Source of the DNA: an uncultured Candidatus Saccharibacteria bacterium
GTDB taxonomy: Bacteria; Patescibacteriota; Saccharimonadia; Saccharimonadales; CAYOYH01
Reading direction: 5' to 3'
NCBI GenBank assembly: GCA_964579475.1
Contig: CAZOFP010000004.1
Location: 904-64,903 of the forward strand
DNA: 64,000 bases
Made by a program: the position numbers and the translations under genes. Shown here piece after piece: positions 34,586-43,604 of this stretch. The notes beneath the pieces are model-generated. The model did not search any database, had not been told where the DNA came from, and saw only the letters and a list, made by a program, of their open reading frames with translations. Positions within the stretch are counted from its first letter, which is position 1; each line of letters opens with the position of its first letter.

Positions 34586-35568
34586 CGCTTTTTCCTAGAG
34601 CCAGATTTTTTAGGAACCACAACCTTGGACTGCGACTTTTTGCCGGTTAGACTTAGGAAGACTTCATCAAGAGATGGACGGTGTAAAGAGAGTTGAGTTG
34701 GTTGAATTTCAGCTTGGTCTAAGGCTTTGACGATTTTGAACAAGTCTTCTGCGCCACTACTTACTGGGACGTAAACCGTATTCGTATCTTCTTTGTAGGT
34801 GGGTTTTTTGGATGTGAGCGGAGTAACCACCTTTAATGCGGTTTCTCGATTCCCAGGATTAGACAGTGTGAATTCAACAATATCGTCGCCCATTTTAGTC
34901 TTAAGCTGGTCGGCAGTTCCCTCGGCAATCATTTTACCGTTGTCTATAACGCCGATGTTGCCAGCTAATTCATCTGCTTCCTCGAGGTACTGAGTAGTTA
35001 ACATAATGGTTGTACCCTGCTTTGCGAGCTCACGGATGGCATCCCAAAGCCCTAGTCGAGTACGCGGGTCTAGCCCGGTCGTCGGCTCATCCAAGAAAAG
35101 AATTTGCGGTCTCCCAACTAAACTGCCTCCGAGGTCTAGTCGGCGTCGCATACCACCGGAGTAGGTTTTGATAGTACGATTGGCGGCATCGGTCAAACCC
35201 ATTTGCTCGAGAATCTCGTCAGTTCTAGTGCGGACGGTCGCCATAGGTAAGTGGTATAAACGACCAATCATATGGAGCGTTTCGCGACCAGTCAGAAAAT
35301 CGTCAACGGCAGTACTTTGGCCGGATAGTCCAATGATTGGCCGAATGCCGTCGGGATATTTCAAAGCATCAATTCCACCGATAGCTACTTGACCTTTTTC
35401 TGGGTGAAGCAGGGTGGTCATGACGCGAATCAATGTAGTTTTACCAGCGCCATTTGGCCCGAGTAAACCATAAATCTGACCAGCTTCAACCTTCAAGCTA
35501 ACACCAACAAGCGCCTGTAGCTTGCCAAAACTTTTATGGATGTTACTGACTTCAATACTATATTTCAT
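34582..35568 (-). CDS. ABC transporter ATP-binding protein (DrrA-like)
   Basis: Walker A GPNGAGKTT, signature YSGGMRRRL, Walker B ILFLDEPTTGLD. Confidence 0.9.
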   Translation of the reverse strand: MKYSIEVSNIHKSFGKLQALVGVSLKVEAGQIYGLLGPNGAGKTTLIRVMTTLLHPEKGQVAIGGIDALKYPDGIRPIIGLSGQSTAVDDFLTGRETLHMIGRLYHLPMATVRTRTDEILEQMGLTDAANRTIKTYSGGMRRRLDLGGSLVGRPQILFLDEPTTGLDPRTRLGLWDAIRELAKQGTTIMLTTQYLEEADELAGNIGVIDNGKMIAEGTADQLKTKMGDDIVEFTLSNPGNRETALKVVTPLTSKKPTYKEDTNTVYVPVSSGAEDLFKIVKALDQAEIQPTQLSLHRPSLDEVFLSLTGKKSQSKVVVPKKSGSRKKR

Positions 35569-35588
35569 ACGCTAATCTGTCTTGTCAT

Positions 35589-35993
35589 TTACAACTCGAT
35601 ACTACCTACGAAAAAGGGGCCAAGCTGGGAATATGCGTCTGAGCTGTGCGGCGTTCCAGAACCAATTTTTTCGCCGTTGTCAGTAGTTCTGGAGTTAAAC
35701 AGTGCAGTCCCGTCGGCTCCGCAAGCGCGTAAAATTTCATTGCCACCCGGATGGAATGGAATGTATGACGTAATGTCGTAAACAGAGCCGCCAATTATTG
35801 TCCAGCAATCTGTCTGAGTGTTATGAGTAGCAACCTCGGTGGTAGTGTAAGTAACGATTTCGGGTTCAGTGACTCCATCTTGTTCTTGCTGAGTCGTCGG
35901 TGCTTCCACTTCGTTGCCAAAGAACAAAATTCCACCCCCGACAAGTAGGATGCCAACTACCAAAATTATAATTGCTGTTACTTTTTTGTCCAT
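35589..35993 (-). CDS. Membrane-anchored cytochrome b5-like heme/steroid-binding domain protein
   Basis: TM IIILVVGILLVGGGILFF, then HNTQTDCWTIIGGSVYDITSYIPFHPGGNEIL (cyt-b5 HPGG motif). I prefer the ATG at 35993 (GAAAGG SD) over the track start at 36047. Confidence 0.65.
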   Translation of the reverse strand: MDKKVTAIIILVVGILLVGGGILFFGNEVEAPTTQQEQDGVTEPEIVTYTTTEVATHNTQTDCWTIIGGSVYDITSYIPFHPGGNEILRACGADGTALFNSRTTDNGEKIGSGTPHSSDAYSQLGPFFVGSIEL

Positions 35994-36071
35994 ATCTACC
36001 TTTCTAAAATTCGCCATATCATTGTAGCAGACGCCGGGCGCCTCCATGGATTACGTATCCACAGACAGACT

Positions 36072-36365
36072 CTATGTTTCATGCCTATCATTCATGCGTT
36101 TTTGGAACAGCGCAAGTTCTTTAGTTATGTCTATCTGGAAATGGTTAGCCAGTGTAGTTATAGAGATAATAAGATCGGCAATTTCTGATCCTAGGTCAAC
36201 ATCTTTTTTTGTGCGTGTTTTCATGCCCTTGTTTTTTCGAATAGCTTCAGCGACTTCGCCGAGTTCCTCTATGATGTAGAGCAATTGCAGTTCTATGGTT
36301 GGGGTGCTGGCTGAGTGTTGTTTCCAATCCTTAGCAACCCAATCTTGTAAATCTTTAATCTTCAT
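36072..36365 (-). CDS. MazG-like nucleotide pyrophosphohydrolase (small)
   Basis: 97 aa. IIEELGEVAEAIRK ... EIADLIISITTLANHF. Confidence 0.7.
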   Translation of the reverse strand: MKIKDLQDWVAKDWKQHSASTPTIELQLLYIIEELGEVAEAIRKNKGMKTRTKKDVDLGSEIADLIISITTLANHFQIDITKELALFQKRMNDRHET

Positions 36366-36400
36366 ACAGATTTTCTCTGGTTATACATTATCCACGTAGC

Positions 36401-37045
36401 CTAGGTCGGCGGCTTGTTTGAAGCAACAATTTTATTGGGGCAGTCGGTAATGATGCCACTCATTCCCATTCGCTGCATCATGCCAGCTAGAATCGGCGAA
36501 TTTACGGTGTAGGCTAGGTATTTGACGTCTAATTCCTGTCGGGCTTGTTTGAGATTGAAATAGTTTGGTATGACGCGCTTCCAGTTCATGGCAAGGTAAT
36601 CAACGTCGAGTTCCTGAGCAAGGTCGATGAAGTGGTCGTCTATGCCGCGGTAGTTGAGCCCCAGTCTAGCGGCAGCAGATTTGTTTTTGATAAGCCTAAG
36701 CGCCTCTAACTCAAACGAGGCAAAGACCACGCTGTCATAGTGTGCTATGTACTCATCTTTTATTAACTCGTGTACTTTTAGTGCTGCTTCGGAGTGTTTG
36801 ATATCTAAATAAATTTCCATTTTACCGTCGATGAGTTTCAGGGCGTCACTGAGCAAGGGTCGCCCATGGTTTAGCGGCTGGTCGTGGGAGAGCACTAAAA
36901 CGTTGTCGTTAAGCCGTACATCTAATTCGATTTTTTTGTACTTACTGTGCAAGGCGTTTTTTATTGCCTCGATTGAATTCTCATCGAATTTTTTGCCTCC
37001 ACCACCACGGTGTGCCCAGATTTCTAAGTCGTTTGTTTTTGCCAT
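36401..37045 (-). CDS. Glycerophosphodiester phosphodiesterase family protein
   Basis: WAHRGGGG...ENSIEAIKNAL...IELDVRLNDNVLVLSHD. Confidence 0.75.
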   Translation of the reverse strand: MAKTNDLEIWAHRGGGGKKFDENSIEAIKNALHSKYKKIELDVRLNDNVLVLSHDQPLNHGRPLLSDALKLIDGKMEIYLDIKHSEAALKVHELIKDEYIAHYDSVVFASFELEALRLIKNKSAAARLGLNYRGIDDHFIDLAQELDVDYLAMNWKRVIPNYFNLKQARQELDVKYLAYTVNSPILAGMMQRMGMSGIITDCPNKIVASNKPPT

Positions 37046-37152
37046 GTAGGCATGATAGCAGAAAAATGCGCCTAAAATCCTGTAGTCAGCGCCACCTCAT
37101 GTGTTAAAATATTTTAGATTTACAAAACTTCATAAACAAGAAGGGGAGAAGC

Positions 37153-39177
37153 ATGAATAATTATTTACTATTCGCTTTTAGTGCGGCGATTGTAGCACTG
37201 ATTTACGGGGTCTACTTAGCTAAGTGGATAATGGAACAAAAAGACGGTAGCGAAAAAATGCGCGAAATTGCAGCCGCTATTCAGGAAGGTGCCAAGGCTT
37301 ATCTGAATCGCCAGTACCGAACAGTGGCTATGGTGGCGGTGGTGGTGACGGCAATTCTGTACTTTGCACTTGGCGGTGCGACGGCGGCTGGGTTTGTAGT
37401 TGGTGCTGTAGCCAGCGCCATTGCTGGTTATGTTGGTATGAACATCTCTGTGCGCGCGAATGTACGAACGACTGAAGCGGCTAAAACTTCAATGGACAAG
37501 GCGCTGAAAGTCGCTGTACGTGGTGGAAGCGTGACGGGACTATTGGTGGTTGGGCTGGCTCTGCTGGTGACCACAGGGTTTTGGTTCATCACTGAAGACC
37601 CTCAGGCAATGGTAGGGTTAGCATTTGGTGGAAGTTTAATTTCTATTTTTGCGCGACTAGGTGGTGGAATATTTACCAAAGGTGCGGATGTTGGTGCTGA
37701 CCTTGTGGGCAAGGTTGAAGCAGGTATTCCCGAAGACGACCCCCGCAACCCTGCAGTTATCGCAGATAACGTTGGCGATAACGTTGGCGACTGCGCTGGT
37801 ATGGCAGCTGACCTTTTCGAAACGTATGTGGTCACGGCGGTGGCGGCAATACTCCTGGGCACGCTAGTGTTCGATAACTTTGAAAATGCAATCTATTACC
37901 CATTAGTTCTTGGCGGTGTGGCAGCTATCGGCTCAGTCGTCGGAACTTTCTTTTTCAAGCTTGGCAAGAGCAAGAACATTATGGGTGCACTTTACAAGGG
38001 TCTAGCTGTTTCCGCAGCCTTCTCTGCAGTGGCGTTTTACTTTGTAACTGAGAACATGATGGAAGGTAATGGCCTGTACGACACGCTAGATATCTTCTGG
38101 GCAGCACTGATTGGGCTTGGCGTGACGGCTGGTATGGTTCTTATAACCGAATATTTTACCGCTACCGAATACAAGCCAGTCCAGAGTATTGCTGAAGCTT
38201 CAGAATCTGGCCACGGTACTAATGTTATCGCTGGGCTCGCAGTAAGCATGAAGTCTACCGCTATACCAGCGATTATCATCAGTGTTGGCATAATCGGCTC
38301 TTATTTAGTGGCTGATATTTACGGTATTGCTATCGCTGCTATGAGCATGCTCTCAATGGCGGGAATAATCGTTGCCATTGACGCTTACGGTCCGATTACA
38401 GACAACGCTGGTGGAATTGCCGAAATGGCAGGACTTCCGAGCAAAGTGCGAAAAACTACTGACAAACTAGACGCCGTTGGCAACACGACCAAGGCCGTAA
38501 CTAAGGGTTATGCAATCGCCAGCGCAGGATTAGCTGCTGTTGTGCTGTTTGCCGCCTTTACTGAAGAACTAACCATCGCCAACAACGGCGTGGCGATTGA
38601 TTTCTCACTAGAGAATCCATACGTCTTAGTCGGATTGTTTATGGGCGGGATGGTAACTTACCTGTTCGCTGCTTTCTCTATGCAAGCTGTCGGTAAAGCT
38701 GCTATGTCAGTAGTAGCTGAGGTGCGGAGCCAGTTTAAGAACGATAAAGGAATAATGGCTGGCACCTCAAAGCCTGATTACGGCAAGACAGTTGATATTG
38801 TGACCAAATCGGCAATTCGCCAGATGATTGTGCCCGCACTCTTACCAGTTCTAATGCCGGTAGTGCTGGTGGTAGTAGGTCTAGGTTTAGCTTCAGATGA
38901 GGCTGGAGCCCAGATGGTTGGTGGACTTTTGGTTGGCTCAATCGTAACTGGTCTGTTCATGGCGATTGCTATGACTAGCGGTGGCGGTGCTTGGGACAAC
39001 GCCAAGAAATACATTGAAGATGGGCACCATGGTGGTAAAGGTTCATTTGCCCATCAGGCGGCAGTCACCGGTGACACCGTCGGCGACCCGTATAAGGACA
39101 CCGCCGGCCCAGCTATCAACCCAATGATCAAGATTCTCAACATCGTGGCGCTTTTGCTGGTCACGCTAATGGTTTAG
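37153..39177 (+). CDS. hppA: Membrane-bound H+/Na+-translocating pyrophosphatase
   Basis: 674 aa, polytopic. [30 protein letters not shown] and [17 protein letters not shown]. Confidence 0.95.
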   Translation: MNNYLLFAFSAAIVALIYGVYLAKWIMEQKDGSEKMREIAAAIQEGAKAYLNRQYRTVAMVAVVVTAILYFALGGATAAGFVVGAVASAIAGYVGMNISVRANVRTTEAAKTSMDKALKVAVRGGSVTGLLVVGLALLVTTGFWFITEDPQAMVGLAFGGSLISIFARLGGGIFTKGADVGADLVGKVEAGIPEDDPRNPAVIADNVGDNVGDCAGMAADLFETYVVTAVAAILLGTLVFDNFENAIYYPLVLGGVAAIGSVVGTFFFKLGKSKNIMGALYKGLAVSAAFSAVAFYFVTENMMEGNGLYDTLDIFWAALIGLGVTAGMVLITEYFTATEYKPVQSIAEASESGHGTNVIAGLAVSMKSTAIPAIIISVGIIGSYLVADIYGIAIAAMSMLSMAGIIVAIDAYGPITDNAGGIAEMAGLPSKVRKTTDKLDAVGNTTKAVTKGYAIASAGLAAVVLFAAFTEELTIANNGVAIDFSLENPYVLVGLFMGGMVTYLFAAFSMQAVGKAAMSVVAEVRSQFKNDKGIMAGTSKPDYGKTVDIVTKSAIRQMIVPALLPVLMPVVLVVVGLGLASDEAGAQMVGGLLVGSIVTGLFMAIAMTSGGGAWDNAKKYIEDGHHGGKGSFAHQAAVTGDTVGDPYKDTAGPAINPMIKILNIVALLLVTLMV

Positions 39178-39219
39178 AGGTACAATCTTAAAACATAGGT
39201 GCGCCATACTTTTAGTCAC

Positions 39220-39248
39220 TTGCACAGACAAGCGAGGGCGCATACAAT
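39220..39248 (+). promoter_or_regulatory. Promoter-like site TTGCAC-17 nt-TACAAT upstream of gap
   Basis: Hexamers at 39220-25 and 39243-48, read directly. Confidence 0.5.
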
Positions 39249-39286
39249 GTTTAAGTAAACAATTAAACTTCTGAGAGGGTGGACGC

Positions 39287-40315
39287 ATGAAGACGAGAGT
39301 AGCTATCAATGGATTTGGAAGAATTGGCCGAAATGTATTTAAGGTGCTCTATGAGCGAAAAGATATAGAAATAGTTGCGCTTAACGATCTGACTGATAAC
39401 GAGACGTTAGCACACCTACTAAGGTATGACAGCGTTTACGGCATGTATGGCCACAAAGTTGAGTTTGACGACGAAGGTATAACCGTCGATGAAACCAAAA
39501 TCAAAATACTCAGCGAAAAAGAGCCCGCCAAACTGCCCTGGAAAGAACTTGAAGTCGACGTAGTAATTGAAAGTACTGGATTTTTCGTTAAACCTGAACT
39601 GGCTAAAGCTCACGTTGAAGCGGGAGCCAAGAAAGTTATCATTTCTGCTCCAGCCAAGGGCGACCAAGCAGACGACGCTCACACCGTGGTGATTGGCGCC
39701 AATGAAGACAGCCTAGAAGGTAATACTAGTGATGTGCTCTCGAACGCCAGTTGTACCACTAACTGCGTTAGTCCAGTAGTAAACATCTTGCAATCACAAT
39801 TTGGCATAGAAAAGGCAATGCTAACTACGATTCACGGCTACACTGCCGACCAAAACTTACAAGATGGCCCTCACCGCGATCCACGCCGCGCCAGGGCTGC
39901 AGCACTGAACATCATTCCAACTACCACTGGAGCAACCATCGCTACCGGCAAGGTAATCCCTGAGCTTCAAGGCATATTTGACGGCATGGCCATACGAGTA
40001 CCAGTACCGGTGGGTAGTCTTATCGACGTTGTGGCAATTCTGAAAAAGGATGTCACCGAGCAGGAAGTAAACGACGTTTTCGTTAACGCCGCCCAGCAAC
40101 CTTACTACCAGGGCGTGTTAGAAGTTACCAAAGACCCAATCGTTTCCAGCGACATTGTTGGCAACAGCCACTCGGCAATTGTCGATTTGAGCTTCACCAA
40201 AGTAACTGGTGGCAACATGGTCAAAATAGTAGCTTGGTACGACAATGAGTGGGGTTATAGCAACCGCCTAGCGGAATTAGTCGCTGACACAGGTAAATTA
40301 CTCCAGAGGGAGTAA
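39287..40315 (+). CDS. gap: Type I glyceraldehyde-3-phosphate dehydrogenase
   Basis: VAINGFGRIGRNVF, SNASCTTNC and WYDNEWGYSNR. Confidence 0.95.
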   Translation: MKTRVAINGFGRIGRNVFKVLYERKDIEIVALNDLTDNETLAHLLRYDSVYGMYGHKVEFDDEGITVDETKIKILSEKEPAKLPWKELEVDVVIESTGFFVKPELAKAHVEAGAKKVIISAPAKGDQADDAHTVVIGANEDSLEGNTSDVLSNASCTTNCVSPVVNILQSQFGIEKAMLTTIHGYTADQNLQDGPHRDPRRARAAALNIIPTTTGATIATGKVIPELQGIFDGMAIRVPVPVGSLIDVVAILKKDVTEQEVNDVFVNAAQQPYYQGVLEVTKDPIVSSDIVGNSHSAIVDLSFTKVTGGNMVKIVAWYDNEWGYSNRLAELVADTGKLLQRE

Positions 40316-40317
40316 TT

Positions 40318-40352
40318 TAGACGACAGACGACAGAAGCTAGATGGTAGAATA
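40318..40352 (+). repeat. Five tandem heptads YAGANNN (TAGACGA CAGACGA CAGAAGC TAGATGG TAGAATA), starting 3 nt after the gap stop codon
   Basis: Read directly. A near-identical tract is at 51905-51939. Confidence 0.8.
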
Positions 40353-40427
40353 ATAACGAAAGAATTACATGAAAAAGCAGACTCCAAACTCCCAACTCCC
40401 AACTTCTAATCTTCGAGAAGCTGGTTC

Positions 40428-40889
40428 GTGAAGATTTATATCGGCTCAGATCATCGAGGCTTTGAACTAAAAACTAAGTTGTTTGCGTACCTTAGCAAAC
40501 ACGATTACGACGTCGAGGATGTCGGCGACAAACAACTTAACCCGGATGATGACTACCCTCAATTCGCCCAAGAAGCAGCCATAAAGGTGCTCGGTTCCGA
40601 GGACGGCGACACTAGAGCAATTCTTATTTGCGGTGGAGGGCAGGGGATGGCCATTGCCGCCAATCGGTTTAAAGGCATACGAGCTGCAGTAGTTTCCGAT
40701 GCGCATGATGCAAAGATGAGCCGTATCGATAACGATTCTAATGTTCTTAGCCTCTCGGCAGATGAGCTTGAAGAGAATGAAGAAGCAGTCTATGGCATAG
40801 TTGAGACTTGGCTTACAACAGAATTTTCCGGCTCGCCTAGACACGTCCGCCGACTGAAAGAAATTGACGAATTTTATCCAAATATGTAG
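40428..40889 (+). CDS. rpiB: Ribose-5-phosphate isomerase B
   Basis: KIYIGSDHRGFELK and ILICGGGQGMAIAANR. GTG start. Confidence 0.9.
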   Translation: MKIYIGSDHRGFELKTKLFAYLSKHDYDVEDVGDKQLNPDDDYPQFAQEAAIKVLGSEDGDTRAILICGGGQGMAIAANRFKGIRAAVVSDAHDAKMSRIDNDSNVLSLSADELEENEEAVYGIVETWLTTEFSGSPRHVRRLKEIDEFYPNM

Positions 40890-40970
40890 GCACCAGCGGT
40901 GCAGTAGTAAGTAGCTAGTAGAAAGCATCAAGTATGAGAAGGAACAAGCGAACAATACCGGAAAGGAATA

Positions 40971-40994
40971 AGTTATATAATTAATTATATAACT
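40971..40994. repeat. Copy 3 of the AT palindrome: perfect 24-bp AGTTATATAATT|AATTATATAACT
   Basis: Read directly. Core at 40973-40992. Confidence 0.9.
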
Positions 40995-41041
40995 AAGTTT
41001 GGTAGCATGCTTAAACAAATAACAGAGGGAAGAATCATCAA

Positions 41042-41061
41042 TTATATAATTAATTATATAA
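41042..41061. repeat. Copy 4 of the AT palindrome core, TTATATAATTAATTATATAA (perfect)
   Basis: Read directly. Its centre lies exactly 69 bp from the centre of copy 3. Confidence 0.9.
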
Positions 41062-41101
41062 CTATGTTACCTCGTACTTACTACTGCTCGCGAGGTATCT
41101 C

Positions 41102-41734
41102 GTGAGTGTGATTTGTCCAACGATACTGGCAGATAATGCGCATACATATCGTACACAGCTCGAACGTATCGAAGAATTTGCCAAGAGAATTCAAATTGAT
41201 CTTACTGATGGTGAATTTGCCCCAACTAATACCATAAATCCCGTACAAGCCTACTGGCCTGCTGGTATGGATGTGGATATCCACCTGATGTATAAAACCC
41301 CGTCCCAGCAACTGGAGCAGTTGATTCATATGGGACCAAACATGATAATTCTGCATGCTGAAGCGGAAGGTGAGCTACTGGAGATGTTTAACGATATTGG
41401 TGCAGCCGGTATTGAGACTGGCGTGGCTCTGCTCAAAGAGACACGGGTTGAAGATGCCAAACAGCTTATCGAAGCAGTTGATCATGTGCTTATTTTCAGC
41501 GGGGATTTGGGCAAGTTTGGCGGCAAAGTCGATGAATCTTTGTTTACCAAGATTAGAGATGTAAAAGAAATTAACCCTAGCGTTGAGATTGGCTGGGATG
41601 GCGGAGTGAATGCCGACAATGCCGAAATGTTAATGCGAGCTGGCGTGGATGTGCTTAACGTCGGTGGCTTTATCCAAAAGTCAGACAATCCACAAGCTGC
41701 TTATGCTATACTGGAGCGTAAGATACATCAGTAA
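41102..41734 (+). CDS. rpe: Ribulose-phosphate 3-epimerase family protein
   Basis: ICPTILA...IQIDLTDGEFAP...DIHLM...GWDGGVN: a TIM-barrel Rpe-like pattern. GTG start. Confidence 0.7.
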   Translation: MSVICPTILADNAHTYRTQLERIEEFAKRIQIDLTDGEFAPTNTINPVQAYWPAGMDVDIHLMYKTPSQQLEQLIHMGPNMIILHAEAEGELLEMFNDIGAAGIETGVALLKETRVEDAKQLIEAVDHVLIFSGDLGKFGGKVDESLFTKIRDVKEINPSVEIGWDGGVNADNAEMLMRAGVDVLNVGGFIQKSDNPQAAYAILERKIHQ

Positions 41735-41759
41735 AACTCATGGTGGGGCTGCTAAAATA

Positions 41760-42620
41760 ATGCCAAAGAAAAAAATGACAATAATTCAGCTTGAAGCGAT
41801 GGCCAACACGCTTCGAAAAGATATCATCAAAATGCTGGAAGCAGCCGGCAGTGGTCATTCGGCCGGTCCGCTGGATTTGGCGGATATATTTTCGGCACTT
41901 TATTTCGACATACTCAACATTGATCCAAAAAAACCTGATTGGGACAAACGAGATGTGCTTGTTTTGTCGGCCGGACACTTGTGCCCCGTAATGTACGCCG
42001 CCATGGCCGAGAGAGGATTTTTCCCGAAGAAGGAGCTAATGACTCTACGCAAACTCGGCAGTAGACTGCAGGGTCACCCAGAAAGAACGCTGCTACCAGG
42101 GGTTGAGACTACATCCGGCCCACTAGGCAATGGTCTTGGGCAGGCAGCAGGTATGGCTTATTCGATGCAGATGGACGGCGACCACACAAGATGGGTTTAT
42201 TGCATCATGGGCGACGGTGAGCTTGACGAAGGTGTCGTTTGGGAAGCGGCTATGTTTGCTGGCAAAAATAAACTGCACAACCTGATAACGATTGTAGATA
42301 GAAATAATATTCAGATTGATGGTCTAACTGAACACGTAATGCCACTTGAGGACTTAAAAGCCAAATGGGAAGCCTTCGGTTGGCATGTGCTGGAGATTGA
42401 TGGACACAATATCGAAGCCGTCATCGATGCCTGTTCTATGGGACGAGCCATCGTTGAAAAACCAACAGTCATCATCGCCCATACTATTCCTGGTAAGGGA
42501 GTTGATTTTATGGAGTACGATTTCCAGTGGCATGGCAAACCGCCAAATTCAAAGGAAGCCAAGGAAGCGCTGCATAAACTGCGAACGTTAGACGGCAAGA
42601 TTCGAGGTGAACATGAGTAG
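41760..42620 (+). CDS. Transketolase, N-terminal (TPP-binding) subunit
   Basis: AGSGHSAGPLDLADI, SAGH, GPLGNGLGQAAG and GDGELDEG. I prefer the ATG at 41760 over the track start at 41649, which overlaps rpe. Confidence 0.9.
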   Translation: MPKKKMTIIQLEAMANTLRKDIIKMLEAAGSGHSAGPLDLADIFSALYFDILNIDPKKPDWDKRDVLVLSAGHLCPVMYAAMAERGFFPKKELMTLRKLGSRLQGHPERTLLPGVETTSGPLGNGLGQAAGMAYSMQMDGDHTRWVYCIMGDGELDEGVVWEAAMFAGKNKLHNLITIVDRNNIQIDGLTEHVMPLEDLKAKWEAFGWHVLEIDGHNIEAVIDACSMGRAIVEKPTVIIAHTIPGKGVDFMEYDFQWHGKPPNSKEAKEALHKLRTLDGKIRGEHE

Positions 42621-43602
42621 CGGTATGTATCTGGTAAAAGATATCGATAACAAGGATATTGTCCAGGAGCCGATTCGTTCTGGTTTTGGGCGGGGATTGG
42701 TTGAGGCTGGTAGACAAAATGAAGCCGTAGTTGCGCTTTGTGCTGACCTGACAGGTTCAACGAAGATGGACGGATTTGCTGAGGCGTTTCCTGAGAGATT
42801 CATCCAGGCAGGGATTGCCGAGCAGAACTTGACGTTGCTTAGCGCCGGTATGGCAGCCATGGGGAAAATACCGTTCTCTTCCAGTTATGCAGCTTTTCAC
42901 CCAGGCAGAAGTTTTGACCAAATACGAACCATGGTCTGCATGAACAATCACCCGGTTAAAATCATCGGGTCACACGCTGGAGTTTCTGTTGGGCCAGATG
43001 GCGGCACTCACCAAATGCTTGAAGATATCGCCATGATGCGCGTGCTACCGAATATGGTGGTTGTGGCTCCAGGCGATGCCCTGGAAGCTCAGAAGGCCAC
43101 ACTGGCCATAGCCGAAGACCCGCGGCCGACCTATATGCGCCTGGCGCGTGAGGCGACGCCTGTTTTTACTAGTGCTAGGACGCCTTTTAGTCTGAATCGA
43201 GCGTATGTGCTCAGTACCGGCAAAGACGTTTCGATAATCTCGACTGGTACCATGACTTTCCAAGCCCTACTGGCTGCGGAACAGCTTTACAACGAAGGCG
43301 TTGATGCTGAGGTTGTGCATGTGCCAGTTATCAAACCGCTTGACGTGACGACTATTCTAAATTCAATCAAAAGAACCGGTGCCGTATTGACAGCCGAGGA
43401 AGCTCAAATAAACGGCGGGCTGGGTGGTGCAATTGCCGAATTTGCCGCCGAACACCATCCCGTACCTATGAAGCGGATTGGTGTCCAGAATAGATTTGGT
43501 GAATCGGGCAAACCAGACGAGCTACTTAAGAAATTTGGACTAACAGCCAAACACATAGCAGCTAAAGTTCACGAACTAATGATAGAAATGGGGAGGCAGT
43601 AA
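42613..43602 (+). CDS. Transketolase, C-terminal (pyrimidine-binding) subunit
   Basis: FPERFIQAGIAEQN and GPDGGTHQMLEDIAMMR. GAGGTGA SD. Short overlap with the N-terminal subunit gene. Confidence 0.9.
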   Translation: MSSGMYLVKDIDNKDIVQEPIRSGFGRGLVEAGRQNEAVVALCADLTGSTKMDGFAEAFPERFIQAGIAEQNLTLLSAGMAAMGKIPFSSSYAAFHPGRSFDQIRTMVCMNNHPVKIIGSHAGVSVGPDGGTHQMLEDIAMMRVLPNMVVVAPGDALEAQKATLAIAEDPRPTYMRLAREATPVFTSARTPFSLNRAYVLSTGKDVSIISTGTMTFQALLAAEQLYNEGVDAEVVHVPVIKPLDVTTILNSIKRTGAVLTAEEAQINGGLGGAIAEFAAEHHPVPMKRIGVQNRFGESGKPDELLKKFGLTAKHIAAKVHELMIEMGRQ

Positions 43603-43604
43603 AG

